A program made the translations under genes and the position numbers. Source: a virus. From it: 64,000 bases of DNA. The stretch covers positions 25,732-89,731 of IMG/VR virus record IMGVR_UViG_3300049719_000158, one strand, 5' to 3'. Under the pieces are notes generated by a model. That model was not told where the DNA came from and did no database searches. It saw only the letters and a program-made list of their open reading frames with translations. Numbering within the stretch: the first letter of the stretch is position 1; each line of letters begins with the position of its first letter. Shown here in pieces: positions 1 through 10,735 of the stretch.

Positions 1-745
1 CAATGTGACCATCCTGAGTGATAGGATAAAACACGTTGAAGTCAGCGACGCACTTCAACTTTTTGCTGTGTATCCAATTACGTTGTTTTTGAATTCCAGT
101 GTCATGGCACCATGGCTTGTCTGATGGCTTATCGATCTTTTGCGACGATATCATTCTCGTCTCGCACTGAATTACGCTCAACGCGTTGCACAACACCTGA
201 TCCTGCGCAATCGTGTAAGGCCACATGTGTTGCGCATCAAATGACAAGTTGACATCATTGTGCAACACGTCGTACGCTTGAACATAGTGCTCGTGCGTTG
301 ATATGACTTCTTGAACTTGTGAAAATGCAGCAGCGTTCATGAGCAACCCTGCGCCGCCATTGAACCTGGGACCCTTTCTCAAAGCTTCAGCGCGCGCATC
401 AACGTTCGTGCCTTTGCCAAATGCTTTCCACAGGTTCGCATCCTTGCTCGTCACCATGCCAATTCTATAGTACACGACGCACGGTGTTGCAGGAAGTCGC
501 GACAATAATAGTTTTACGTTGTTTGCGTTCACCCATGTGTCGTCGTCTATGAAGAACAACCAGTCGTGAGAGTTTGGCTTTTCAAAATATTTTAGCCACT
601 TGCGCGTCGTTGACATGACCTTAAGACGCACGTCAATGTCATCGGCGTCATTGAGCATCTCAACGTTTTGCCCAAAAAGACACGTTTCACGTTGCGCTTT
701 ACAAAGTTCAACCTGCTTGTCACATGTCGTGACTACGTACTGCAC
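1..745 (-). CDS. Fringe/GT31-like glycosyltransferase, paralog of 733..1791 (runs off window edge)
   Basis: Manual translation from GTG at 745: MQYVVTTCDKQVELCKAQRETCLFGQNV...HDWLFFIDDDTWVN...FNGGAGLLMN; colinear with the neighbouring gene. Confidence 0.75.
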   Translation of the reverse strand, partial: MQYVVTTCDKQVELCKAQRETCLFGQNVEMLNDADDIDVRLKVMSTTRKWLKYFEKPNSHDWLFFIDDDTWVNANNVKLLLSRLPATPCVVYYRIGMVTSKDANLWKAFGKGTNVDARAEALRKGPRFNGGAGLLMNAAAFSQVQEVISTHEHYVQAYDVLHNDVNLSFDAQHMWPYTIAQDQVLCNALSVIQCETRMISSQKIDKPSDKPWCHDTGIQKQRNWIHSKKLKCVADFNVFYPITQDGHI

Positions 746-1791
746 TTGAACTTCTCCATGTCGTACATCATCTTAGGTTGCTTTATTCTATGAAGAGAGA
801 TTAGATTTGCGTCACTCTCTATGACGTGAGCATTTTTTCTACCCGTTGGGTCGTGCACCCTTGCGAGCTCCCACGCTTTCTCACAGTCAAGTTCATTGCG
901 AGTTCCTGGCACAACAGGATACGCTGGAGACAAATCGGACACGCACTTTTCTGCTCCTGTTTTCCAGTGTCCCAACTTTTTCTGAAAGTGCGTGTCGTGC
1001 ATCCATGGGTGGGATGAAACATACGCGTCTTCAACTATCTTTATGATCGTTCCGTCGTCATTTTTCTTCTTTGTGATCTTTTGCAACGGAGGTGCGTACA
1101 CTTCTTTGTACACTTGCGACTTTGACACATTGTACTCAGCGCATGACTTTTCAATTGCGAGCGCGAGAGGTCTTCGCATCACGTGATCCTGACCCATGAA
1201 GAATGGAAACATTGCGTCAGCACCTTCTGACAACGACTTTGAATTTCGCGTTGCATCAATCGCTGCTGACATGTGATTATCGGTTCGCATTATCGACGCG
1301 ATAATTTCGGACGCCTTGACGTTCATCAAAAGTCCTGCCCCACCGTGATATCCTGTTGCGTACTTTGTCTTTTCGTGAAACAAGTCCTTTGCGCGTTGTG
1401 GGTAGTCTGTCAATCCAGGAAACATTGACCTCGTCTTGCCGCTAAGACATGTTGCAGCATCGAACGACCAAAACGCCGGGCAATTGTACGTTGAAATGAC
1501 CGGAAATGATGTTGGTAGCTGAGAACATGCGCGCTCAAGGTTTTCAGTGAACACCCACGTGTCGTCATCGATAAAAAACAGCCAATTATGTGTGCCAAAA
1601 TCTTCACGATCCCACCACCGCAGCGTCTTGCGTGCAGTGCTCAACAACGCTAATTCTTTGTCAAGGTTGTCTTCGTCATTGAGCACGTCAACGTCTTGTC
1701 CAAATAAACACGTTGAAAGTTGAGCGTTCATAAGCTCAACGTATCGATTACACGTGATTGTTACATATTTGACGTTATGTTTACCTTGCAT
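733..1791 (-). CDS. Fringe/GT31-like glycosyltransferase (GT-A fold)
   Basis: WLFFIDDDTWV DxD motif, GGAG motif, C-terminal ISLH typical of Fringe/beta-1,3-glycosyltransferases. Confidence 0.75.
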   Translation of the reverse strand: MQGKHNVKYVTITCNRYVELMNAQLSTCLFGQDVDVLNDEDNLDKELALLSTARKTLRWWDREDFGTHNWLFFIDDDTWVFTENLERACSQLPTSFPVISTYNCPAFWSFDAATCLSGKTRSMFPGLTDYPQRAKDLFHEKTKYATGYHGGAGLLMNVKASEIIASIMRTDNHMSAAIDATRNSKSLSEGADAMFPFFMGQDHVMRRPLALAIEKSCAEYNVSKSQVYKEVYAPPLQKITKKKNDDGTIIKIVEDAYVSSHPWMHDTHFQKKLGHWKTGAEKCVSDLSPAYPVVPGTRNELDCEKAWELARVHDPTGRKNAHVIESDANLISLHRIKQPKMMYDMEKFKCST

Positions 1792-2935
1792 ATCGATAAT
1801 ATCCCAATATTTTATTCACACGACCAAAATTCGCAGTCAACTTTAACATCTTTCCAAAACAATTAAATACTATTCCTTCAATGGGCAACGTGTTATTCAC
1901 GTTGAAATTCATTGTCTCTTTTTCAACGAACGACTTTGTCTTCACGTCCTCAGACTGACGCATTTCATTTATGACGTTTTGCAATGTATCTTTTATTCGT
2001 TTTGTCTCACGTTCAGGATCATTCACCAACACAGGTTGAACTTGTTTCAATACTTCGTGCGAAAAGTCTTTGATTATCGTCTCAAACGGTTCAACGTACT
2101 TTTGTACGAGTTGTGGTCCCACGTTCTTAACGTAGTCAGAAACTTGTGTTTGCTGCGACTTTGGCAACGTTTTCTTTATTTCAGTGAGCGACAAAGCGTT
2201 GTCGTCCTTCACGATCCTGTTAGCGACATGAGCTGCGATGACGGGAGCCAAAAGTAAATCTCTTCTAACGTCCTTCAAGACTTGAACTTTCAAGTAATCA
2301 AGCAACGTATTTTCGTTTGTAAGCTCTGCCTCACCAATCAGATCGTTCATCTTTGATAAGGACACTTGTGCAACTTCACAATCAAGTTGTTTCAAACAAA
2401 CGTTGAAAGGCCTGTGTAACGTCCACCCGTCGACTTTGATTTTAACAGGAAAGTTTGCATTGCACTTTACATTTACAATTTCACCCTTGATGACTTCAAA
2501 GACCGGTGCGTCATGGAATATCACGTGATTACCATCGTACTCAATCACGTTCCTCGTGGGTCCATAGATGATCTCAATAGAGTAAAACCTACTCCCATTA
2601 GCGAAGATGTTTCTAAGAACTTCATCGCTTTCTTTTTTAAAGACGCTTGACAATACTTTGTACACGTTGATGAACGCATCCTGCACGTCGCCACGACCGT
2701 CAAACTTGTTCGTGAGCTCATTGCATGACAACCCTCCTGTCAACATTTCGGTCTTGTTACGAGCGACACGAACGCCAAGTTGGGAAACAGAAAACATCAA
2801 ATTTTGACCGTCAAACTTAGTGCTGACACCTCGCATTTTACCTGCTGAAACACGTAAGATTATGTCTTTGATCTCACCAAAAGTGAAGTTAAAACACTCA
2901 GTGATGTGTGCGATGTGGCCAGCACTTCCGCCCAA
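1781..2935 (-). CDS. Conserved large-phage protein, possible ligase/nucleotidyltransferase fold
   Basis: MGGxAGHxxH start, KFDG (KxDG-like) motif, C-terminal EGIVF...KLT resembling ligase motifs IV/V. Confidence 0.45.
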   Translation of the reverse strand: MGGSAGHIAHITECFNFTFGEIKDIILRVSAGKMRGVSTKFDGQNLMFSVSQLGVRVARNKTEMLTGGLSCNELTNKFDGRGDVQDAFINVYKVLSSVFKKESDEVLRNIFANGSRFYSIEIIYGPTRNVIEYDGNHVIFHDAPVFEVIKGEIVNVKCNANFPVKIKVDGWTLHRPFNVCLKQLDCEVAQVSLSKMNDLIGEAELTNENTLLDYLKVQVLKDVRRDLLLAPVIAAHVANRIVKDDNALSLTEIKKTLPKSQQTQVSDYVKNVGPQLVQKYVEPFETIIKDFSHEVLKQVQPVLVNDPERETKRIKDTLQNVINEMRQSEDVKTKSFVEKETMNFNVNNTLPIEGIVFNCFGKMLKLTANFGRVNKILGYYRYAR

Positions 2936-3137
2936 TTTACCCTCCTAATAAAAAGTACGTTTGAAGAATGTTTGAGGCAAGAATTGTCCCTTCATATTCT
3001 CCTGCTTTTATGCGCACCACTGCTTCAAGAAAACCACAGCGCAACGATGAATTACGAGCGAACTCTTCGCCCTCGTCAAGCAACTCATCTTCAGTATACT
3101 CCCAAAAGTGTTCTCCAGTTTGTGTTGGCATGTTTCA

Positions 3138-3794
3138 CTATACCACAATGTCGTCGAAAATTAATGGAATTCGTTTCTTCGTTTCTTCAAGCGTCATCAA
3201 CATCAACTCTCTCATCTGCGGATGTGCAGCCTTTGACGTACGAAGATTAAAAACATGTCGCCATTCGCGCAAATTAGCAGTCATGACAATCTCGGTTTTG
3301 AGCGAGTTCGGAAGCACAGTGTGCGCCTGTTGAGGCGAAGCTCCCGCTTGAAGCAACGCAAAGTATGAAACTTCAGCGTGTTGACATACGTCTTTCCAAA
3401 TAGTGTAAAAACGTTGATTTGCTGTTAAGTTCTCTATTACACGTTCATCTTCGTCATCAACCCAAAAACAAGGTTCTATGACTGTAATTTCGTTACCAAA
3501 CTTGTCTTTGTTGTAGTTACAATATCGTGTGCTTTCCTGGGAGAGAGAACACAATCGATGCCTAACGAGTTCATGCGTCACACCGCGGTCACACACGAAT
3601 TTTATTGTCATGGATGCGTGTTCGATGACGCTCTCATGATGTCCTTCAAGTATTTTCTTGACGAACGGAAGCGCAGTACCAGGTAAAATCTTGTCTTCAC
3701 TTTTATAACAAACACAACCGGCGAGCTCAAGAAGCTCAAGTGGATTCGCAGGAGATATATTCAGAATTTCAAATGATGGTTTGATTATTTTCAT
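3138..3794 (-). CDS. thyX: Flavin-dependent thymidylate synthase
   Basis: HESVIEH, RGVTHELVRHR-x-SLSQESTRY ThyX motif, NLREWRH..LR. Confidence 0.95.
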   Translation of the reverse strand: MKIIKPSFEILNISPANPLELLELAGCVCYKSEDKILPGTALPFVKKILEGHHESVIEHASMTIKFVCDRGVTHELVRHRLCSLSQESTRYCNYNKDKFGNEITVIEPCFWVDDEDERVIENLTANQRFYTIWKDVCQHAEVSYFALLQAGASPQQAHTVLPNSLKTEIVMTANLREWRHVFNLRTSKAAHPQMRELMLMTLEETKKRIPLIFDDIVV

Positions 3795-3956
3795 GTTTCA
3801 ATCTCAAAATATTTCTGCAAGTGTTCGTTCGTTATTTGCTCGTCTTGTTCAAGACACAATTGTTTTCGAAGTTTTTCAATAAAATTAAACGTTAGCGTGA
3901 CTGTTATATTACCATTTTGTGAATGCACATTTTGCGTTTTGTACAAGTGTGTCATA

Positions 3957-4349
3957 TCACCACCATAAATTTGTGTAATACTCTTCGAACAATTTTAGTC
4001 CCTCATGAAATTTTTCACATGGTTCAGTGTCATAAGACCAATAGTCTTCAGACGCCGCAAATTCAAATGCGTCAATCATCTTGTCGAGTATCGTTTGCCA
4101 TTCTTTGTGCGATGATAAGTCACAAGGATATGCATATACACCATTTCGAAAAGCCTTAAGACGAGGCAAAATTAATTTTGCTAACGAGTGATCGAGCGAC
4201 CACAATTCGGTGTCGTCAAAGCCACGAACCCTTCGTTGCACAAAGTGTTTGAATAGGCGTACGTGACTACGTAATTTGTATGAAAAATGATGATACAACT
4301 TAACAAACTGACATACGTTCATGTCAAAGATAATAAAATAAATATGCAT
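3957..4349 (-). CDS. Hypothetical phage protein
   Basis: ELWSLDHSLAKLILPRLKAF...GLKLF..Y..LWW pattern common in phage hypotheticals; start uncertain. Confidence 0.6.
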   Translation of the reverse strand: MHIYFIIFDMNVCQFVKLYHHFSYKLRSHVRLFKHFVQRRVRGFDDTELWSLDHSLAKLILPRLKAFRNGVYAYPCDLSSHKEWQTILDKMIDAFEFAASEDYWSYDTEPCEKFHEGLKLFEEYYTNLWW

Positions 4350-4606
4350 TCATGTATACGTTCGTGAATTAAAATTGCGACTGAAGAAACTCGAAAAAAG
4401 ATAAGTGAAGCAGGACTTATTGCTCAAAATCGTCCGGAAGTAAAAAGCAAAAAGGAGCAAATCAATGCTTGCATATAACACAAAACCAGGTGTTAGAGAA
4501 CACAAAAGTAAAATGGCACGTATTGCACAAAGCATTAAAACGCGCTGCAAAACGTTTTATGTCATCAATTATTGAAAATTATTACATTGACATAAAAAAG
4601 TTGTAA

Positions 4607-5230
4607 TTATCTATTTTTGGGTTGAATTGGCATCATTTTTGGTGCCATAGTATTTTCTACACCCGTTTGTTTCACTGAACTTGAAACGCTATTTTTCGTT
4701 ATCGTAGGTTTTATGTGCTTTACGTTTTGTTGGTCATTTGTAATATTTCCTTTTTTCATCTTTATTGAAGGATCGGGATCTTCAGGTTCGGTCGCGGTCT
4801 GCGCATCAACAACTCCAGTGACAATTTGAGAAATACCTTTTAAAAATGCGAGAAGAGCAGTTTTTTCAGCTTTTGAAAGATTATTAACATAACTTGTCAA
4901 ATTTGACTTTACAATTTCGTCTCTGTTAAAACTTTTCCCAGCACGTATAGAATTTAAGACGTCGATAACGGCTTCAGGACTAACGTCGCCTGTTTTAAGT
5001 TCGTCACCCGTCTTCGTCTCAGGTTGTTCTTTCGTTGCATCAGGTGTCTTCATCGCATCACTTGGTGCAGTTTTAGCTGTATCACCTTTATCGCTAAAGA
5101 GTTCGCTCGAAGAGACTTGTGCTTCTTGTTTTTCCTCTTCATCTAACGCGTTCTTGTGAAGAGTGTCATTGATCGCCTCATTGATGTATTCACGAAGCGA
5201 GCGAGAGGTGCGTAAAATCGTTGTTGTCAT
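4607..5230 (-). CDS. Putative internal head protein
   Basis: N-terminal SLREYINE leader; ATAGTTA motif 8 nt upstream. Confidence 0.5.
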   Translation of the reverse strand: MTTTILRTSRSLREYINEAINDTLHKNALDEEEKQEAQVSSSELFSDKGDTAKTAPSDAMKTPDATKEQPETKTGDELKTGDVSPEAVIDVLNSIRAGKSFNRDEIVKSNLTSYVNNLSKAEKTALLAFLKGISQIVTGVVDAQTATEPEDPDPSIKMKKGNITNDQQNVKHIKPTITKNSVSSSVKQTGVENTMAPKMMPIQPKNR

Positions 5231-5432
5231 ACTTCTTATAACTATTCATTCACGATCAAAGTTGACGTTGCAACGTTCACAATCACACTCATCGTGGTGT
5301 TCAAACTCATCAAATTCATCAATCATAAGCGTTGAATATGTTCGAATTCGTGTTTTCACTGAAGGCAAAATGACCAATTCACCCTTTTTGAAACCTTTAC
5401 ATACACTCATGAGTGCATCAAATAAGCTCATA

Positions 5433-5804
5433 TTATTTTCCTATCGTAAGGTCACACGTTCCATCGTGTAAGTTTGACATGTGATACTGCGTTAAGCGTG
5501 TAACGCAAGTGTTTGTGTATTTGAAGATTTTGTCTCCGCTCGTCACGTACGCGCACTCAAATCGTGGAACAATTTCAACGACTTCTAATGCAGACGCAAT
5601 GTCAACGCGAAGCGTAACGCTCAGTTCACCCACGGTGTGTGAAATGTTGACCAGTAAACCCGACAGTTCTAATGTTTCGTCTTTGTCCTTAAGACGAACC
5701 ATGACAAACGTCGACTGTTTTACTTTTTCTTCGATAGGATCAGGTTGATGACCTTCTGCCCAATCCATTTCAATTTGATCAATGAAATCTACGTCTTTAG
5801 ACAT
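5433..5804 (-). CDS. Hypothetical protein
   Basis: 123-aa ORF overlapping the uxs stop in the same operon. Confidence 0.6.
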   Translation of the reverse strand: MSKDVDFIDQIEMDWAEGHQPDPIEEKVKQSTFVMVRLKDKDETLELSGLLVNISHTVGELSVTLRVDIASALEVVEIVPRFECAYVTSGDKIFKYTNTCVTRLTQYHMSNLHDGTCDLTIGK

Positions 5805-6756
5805 TTCTCAACTCTTTTCTAAAATAAGAAATGGTTGAAATTAGCCCATCTTTGAGAGAAACTTTTGGTTCCCATCCTAATAACTCTTTTGCTTTCGTGA
5901 TGTCAGGCTTGCGTTGGAGTGGGTCGTCTGAAGGCAACGTGCGGTACACAAGTTTACTCTTTGAAAGAGTGAGCTTAATTATCGTCTCAGCGAGTTGTTT
6001 CACCGTAATTTCACTTGGATTACCCAAGTTTATTGGACCTGTGATTGTGTCATCACTGTTCATCAACTTGACAAAACCCTCAATGAGATCGCTAACGTAG
6101 CAAAAGGACCTTGTCTGCGACCCGTCACCATACAACGTGATGTCTTCGTCTTTTAGTGCCTGACATATGAAGTTTGAGACTACACGCCCATCGGACGGGT
6201 TCATCGCAGGTCCAAAAGTGTTGAAAATTCGCGCAATCTTGATGCGAACGTTGTGTTGTCGGTGATAATCAAAAAACAAAGTCTCCGCAACTCGCTTGCC
6301 CTCGTCGTAGCATGAACGTATGCCGATTGGATTTACGTTGCCATGGTACTCTTCACTCTGCGGATGATGAGCCGCGTCAGGGTCACCGTAGACCTCTGAA
6401 GTGGAAGCCTGAAACACCTTTGCGCCAGTCCGACGAGCAATGCCCAACACGTTGATCGCGCCTAGGACGCTCGTCTTTGTGGTGTGCACGGGATTGTGCT
6501 GGTAATGAGGGGGCGACGCAGGACAGGCGAGATTAAAAATTTGATCTACGTCTAATGTAATTGGTTCACACACGTCGTGTCGAATTACCTCAAAGCGCGC
6601 TGGATAATCGTGCATCAACTGCACGATGTTGTCCTTGCGACCGGTGAAGAAGCTGTCGAGGCAAATGACTTCATCATGAGGGTGATGCCACAAAAGTCTT
6701 TTGCAGAGGTGACTGCCGATCATCCCAGCGCCACCTGAAATTAACGTTTTTGTCAT
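5797..6756 (-). CDS. uxs: UDP-glucuronate decarboxylase (UDP-xylose synthase)
   Basis: [64 protein letters not shown]. Confidence 0.93.
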   Translation of the reverse strand: MTKTLISGGAGMIGSHLCKRLLWHHPHDEVICLDSFFTGRKDNIVQLMHDYPARFEVIRHDVCEPITLDVDQIFNLACPASPPHYQHNPVHTTKTSVLGAINVLGIARRTGAKVFQASTSEVYGDPDAAHHPQSEEYHGNVNPIGIRSCYDEGKRVAETLFFDYHRQHNVRIKIARIFNTFGPAMNPSDGRVVSNFICQALKDEDITLYGDGSQTRSFCYVSDLIEGFVKLMNSDDTITGPINLGNPSEITVKQLAETIIKLTLSKSKLVYRTLPSDDPLQRKPDITKAKELLGWEPKVSLKDGLISTISYFRKELRNV

Positions 6757-7041
6757 TTAAACTTCCTTCGTGAACCACCATTCGCACCACTCTGGAACCG
6801 TAAATCCGAACTGAAGCGTTGTTTTTGGTGGTGCTAACAATTTCCACCCATCGCCTAAAGCATGTAAGGGCGTAGAATAACTTCGTATTGTTGGTATGTC
6901 AATTTGACTTGTTTTGACGTCTAATCCAAATTCTATCATCGCAGATGCAACAAATAATCCGGACTCTGATGATTGGTTTATAACACTGTCACGAATGTGT
7001 GATGATTTCGTTACTAAAACAAGTATAATTTGATGTGTCAT
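6757..7041 (-). CDS. Hypothetical protein
   Basis: 94-aa ORF abutting uxs. Confidence 0.55.
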   Translation of the reverse strand: MTHQIILVLVTKSSHIRDSVINQSSESGLFVASAMIEFGLDVKTSQIDIPTIRSYSTPLHALGDGWKLLAPPKTTLQFGFTVPEWCEWWFTKEV

Positions 7042-7055
7042 ACTAAGATAGTATA

Positions 7056-7397
7056 CTACGCGTTTACGTTATACACAATGTCTCTGTAAAATTGATCACA
7101 CGCCGCGGCGTAGCTCTTGTCGAGCTCAGTGATGACGTCAATTCCACGCGTGAAGACTTCAATCGTCACTTCAAACGTCATTGCTTCGCTAACCTTTTCA
7201 ATCACGATCTCTGCGTTGTGTTGAGACTGAAGTTCATAGTACAACACGTCTGCGACGAAGCGTACCCTTTGTTCGGGAGACAAAAACTTGTAAATCTTTC
7301 TGAGCACAACAATGTCACACCCACGATCTACCTGACGCCACCTGTCCTGAGCAACGATTGCGGGTTCACGATCAATGGGATTGATTGGGTTGTTCAT
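7056..7397 (-). CDS. Hypothetical protein
   Basis: 113-aa ORF on the dominant strand. Confidence 0.55.
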   Translation of the reverse strand: MNNPINPIDREPAIVAQDRWRQVDRGCDIVVLRKIYKFLSPEQRVRFVADVLYYELQSQHNAEIVIEKVSEAMTFEVTIEVFTRGIDVITELDKSYAAACDQFYRDIVYNVNA

Positions 7398-8043
7398 TTT
7401 TGTGATCTTTTGTGCTTCGCACAGTGCAATTAATTATTGACGTTGCCACAATTAGCAACATACATGTGAAAAATGAGACGAGATCCATTTGCCAAAATTG
7501 CATTTTATCACTTTCCAAAAATCATTATTGATGCCGTAAAAATCAAAAATGCAATACAAAAATCCCAGAAGTTCATTCGTCACACCCACTCTTCTTTACA
7601 TCAACCTTCACCGACATAATCACGTCGTCAACCCACGTGATTGTTACACCACCAAAAATAGTCATCGACATGAACAGCACGTTGCCGGAGAATATCTTGA
7701 GCAACATGCTTGCACGAGCAAAGACTTCAGGTGAGAGCTTGGATTTTAGAGAGGTTAACTGTTTAATTGCTTCTTGGTTTGTCATTGATAAGATTGTATA
7801 ATACGGAGGGTGAAGAGTACACAATCATGGTGGATTACCTGAATGTGCTTCAACGTTAAAGTTTTTAATTCCTAAAGTTTTCATTATGCGTTTTGCAAAT
7901 CTTCGTAACGCGAGCGAATTTTTCGCGCCTACGCTTTTCTTTTGTTTGACTTCCTGCTTGTTTTGAGAAATTAGTGATGCATTTCGTTTTCGAATTGTTG
8001 TTTCTGGATGATTTTGCGCTTCACGACAACGTTGAAGTTCAAG

Positions 8044-8935
8044 TTAAGTTTTCTTTCGTCCCAATTGAGTTTCTCGTTTTCGTTTTCTTGCTTCAGGCGT
8101 ACCTTGCGCTTTTTTCATGTTCATTTTTGCTTCTTCAGATCTTTTTACGCCTGTTTGTCGAATTGATTTTGCACGACATTGTTCTTCAGATAATTTCCAA
8201 CGTTTTCCTCTATGCTTACGTTTTTTCTCAATGACTTCCGGACGATTTTGCGCGGCGATCATATTTGCCCGCGCGATTGGTGTCGCAGGTCCACGTTTTT
8301 GTTGAGCGCGCGCCATGTTTTCACGTTGCTCGGGCGTACGTTTTTGACCAACCATTTTTAAACGACGCTTTTCTTGCGTACTTGGTCGATTTGCAACGTC
8401 TTTGTTACGCGCACAAAGCGCAGCGTGTCGAACAGGATCATTTTTTAATTCAACAATTGCTCTTCGTAAACCTGCTGTTCGTTTTGCTTTTATTGTCGGA
8501 TCATTTGCAGAACGTTTGTAATTTACCAATGCCTCATCTGATCTTTTTACGCCTTTGTTCGCTTTTGAAATTAATTGTCGTGTTTCTTGACTAACGCCAC
8601 GACCAACGACGCATTCTCCTCCGGGAGTTTGATTACACACGTATAATGTTTTTTGAAAATCAAACGTACCATCTATATATTGACCTATACGTGTGAAGTT
8701 CTCTTATTAGAAGTTTTTCAACTTCAAAAGCTTCATTCTCATCGTCAGTCTCAAATCCGATAACACGTTTCCATTCATACTTTTTTGTATAACATTGATG
8801 TTGTCGATTACGACCTTTTTCGTTTACGCGATTTTCATTGCCTTTACCGACATATCCAGGAATGAATTCACCGTCTTTTTCGATGAAATCAACATATACA
8901 CAGAATTTCTTTGTGAGAATAAAACACTTCTCCAT
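8044..8935 (-). pseudogene. Frameshifted GIY-YIG/NUMOD3 homing endonuclease
   Basis: 8660..8935 has VY..GYVGKG..R and EAFEVEKLLI; frame switches near 8685 to GQYIDGTFDFQKTLYVCNQTPGGE, followed by NUMOD3-like repeats. Confidence 0.75.
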
Positions 8936-8989
8936 TTAATATTTCCTTTGGTGAAATACTAAACAAAGTTTTGTTGTACGTACAAAGAA

Positions 8990-10294
8990 TTAATCTTCTT
9001 GTTCGTCTTCTACGTTAACGCGATCCAATGCCATCTCGCGTTTGATTGCTTTTCCGAGGTACTCGCGGAAACCGTCCAAAAGTTCGATCTCATTTGGATT
9101 ATTTAATAAAAATTGAATATCTTCTGGGCTCAGTTCTCCCGATGACGACAAAATATCTATATATTCGCGGATTGCATATAACGTAATTAGACGCAAATCG
9201 TCAGGATCCATCGACGCGACGTAACTTGCTTTCGCCAGCGCACGATCTACGCTCGCTTTCGCGCCTGCAACGCTAAATCCCAAGTCTTTTGCTATGTCTT
9301 TGAACGACGCGCCTTCTTTATTCGACTTAAATCTCTTCTCTTCATCGTCCTCGTCTTCATCATCTTCTTCGGTCGCTTCTTTTACTTCTCCCGTGCCAAC
9401 AGTAGCTTCCGGTTTCTTCGATTGCAGACTTTCTTGCTTTTCTGCCTGCGTCTCTTGAGCTACTTCTTCCTTTTCGCCCGTCGTTTCTTCAGCCTCAGGT
9501 TCCTCTTCTTTTTTCTTTGGCCACATTGCATCGTGTGCGTCAAGGTTCTTCTTCCACGCCTCGACTGCGGGATCCTCTGACGTCTCGATTAGAACCTTGC
9601 GAATTTCATTGCGAATTGCTTCTTCTGTTTTCATGTTGCTTCCTGGCCACACGGGCTCGTTTGTAATTGTGACTTCTGCGGGCACGTCTTCTTTAATTTC
9701 AACCCACCAGTGTGAATTTTTTCTCGTCCCACCGCCGCCCACAAAAGGTTTGTTGACTTCGCCCTTGTTGACGACCTGAAAATTAATTCCAAGCGCAGTT
9801 AGTTCTTTTGCGATTTTATTTGCAAAATCATCGGCGCGCATTCCTTGCTTGTAAAAAAATCCCCGACGCAGGACGACGTTGCCTTCTTTGTTTTTGCTAA
9901 CGTCATCAACGCCTGGCAAGTCTCCCTCTCTGACGAGCTTCACTATCCTTGACCCAAAGCTACCCTTGCCTTCAGTCAACTTTCGTGCTTCTTCAACCTT
10001 GTCATTCGTGCTCGTCGCCGTGTCTATCGCGTCCTTTATGTCGTTGTAAGCTTTGTTCACCTTTTCGTCAGGCACTTCGCCGATGTCGTTCGCCATCAGC
10101 ACGAGGCTCTTCTTGAGCTCTTCGCCATTGCGAGGTTCAACGTCCTTGTTGAAGGGATCTGTTTCAATTGCAGACGGATCTGCATTTGGGTTGACGTTCA
10201 CCGCTGTAGAGTGTGACACGCCATAGTCGTGGTTATCGAGAGCTTCCTTGACGAGCTCTGATAGCGCTTGTTTGCTGATGACAACGCTTTTCAT
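8990..10294 (-). CDS. Acidic modular protein, putative head protein, with C-terminal HTH-like segment
   Basis: ISKQALSELVKE leader, internal L/I/VxE sites, SFKDIAKDLGFSVAGAK helix-turn-helix-like. Confidence 0.5.
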   Translation of the reverse strand: MKSVVISKQALSELVKEALDNHDYGVSHSTAVNVNPNADPSAIETDPFNKDVEPRNGEELKKSLVLMANDIGEVPDEKVNKAYNDIKDAIDTATSTNDKVEEARKLTEGKGSFGSRIVKLVREGDLPGVDDVSKNKEGNVVLRRGFFYKQGMRADDFANKIAKELTALGINFQVVNKGEVNKPFVGGGGTRKNSHWWVEIKEDVPAEVTITNEPVWPGSNMKTEEAIRNEIRKVLIETSEDPAVEAWKKNLDAHDAMWPKKKEEEPEAEETTGEKEEVAQETQAEKQESLQSKKPEATVGTGEVKEATEEDDEDEDDEEKRFKSNKEGASFKDIAKDLGFSVAGAKASVDRALAKASYVASMDPDDLRLITLYAIREYIDILSSSGELSPEDIQFLLNNPNEIELLDGFREYLGKAIKREMALDRVNVEDEQED

Positions 10295-10318
10295 GTGTAT
10301 AAATAGTTTCGTGGAGAA

Positions 10319-10735
10319 TTAATTCAATTCGTTCTTTGTCTTTTTGGAGCTTTGTTGTGTAATGGCAACGTCTGTTTCAGAAATGCCTTCTCGCAATGCG
10401 TCTGCCACGATCTTGTCGAGCGTCTCAATGCTTCCCTTGAGGTTCAACACCGATTGGTAGTTCATGTTTATTGCCTTTGCGTAGTCGAGCAGCTTTACGA
10501 TTATGTCTCCAACATTCTTCAACGTCGTCCTGAATGCCACTGACCTGTTTAGCTGCTCGTCTATGTCCTTCAACGAATTCACGTCGCTTTGCACGCCCGC
10601 AATGACGTTATTGTTGACGAGCAACACCGCTTCGAGAGACTGCCTCAACAGCTCATTTTCTGCGCGCAGTGCCGCGACAACTTCACTCTTCTCAAGCAAT
10701 TTATCAATGAACTTCATCTTCTTCCTTTTCGTCAA
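10319..10735 (-). CDS. Coiled-coil hypothetical protein
   Basis: 138-aa helical ORF. Confidence 0.55.
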   Translation of the reverse strand: MTKRKKMKFIDKLLEKSEVVAALRAENELLRQSLEAVLLVNNNVIAGVQSDVNSLKDIDEQLNRSVAFRTTLKNVGDIIVKLLDYAKAINMNYQSVLNLKGSIETLDKIVADALREGISETDVAITQQSSKKTKNELN

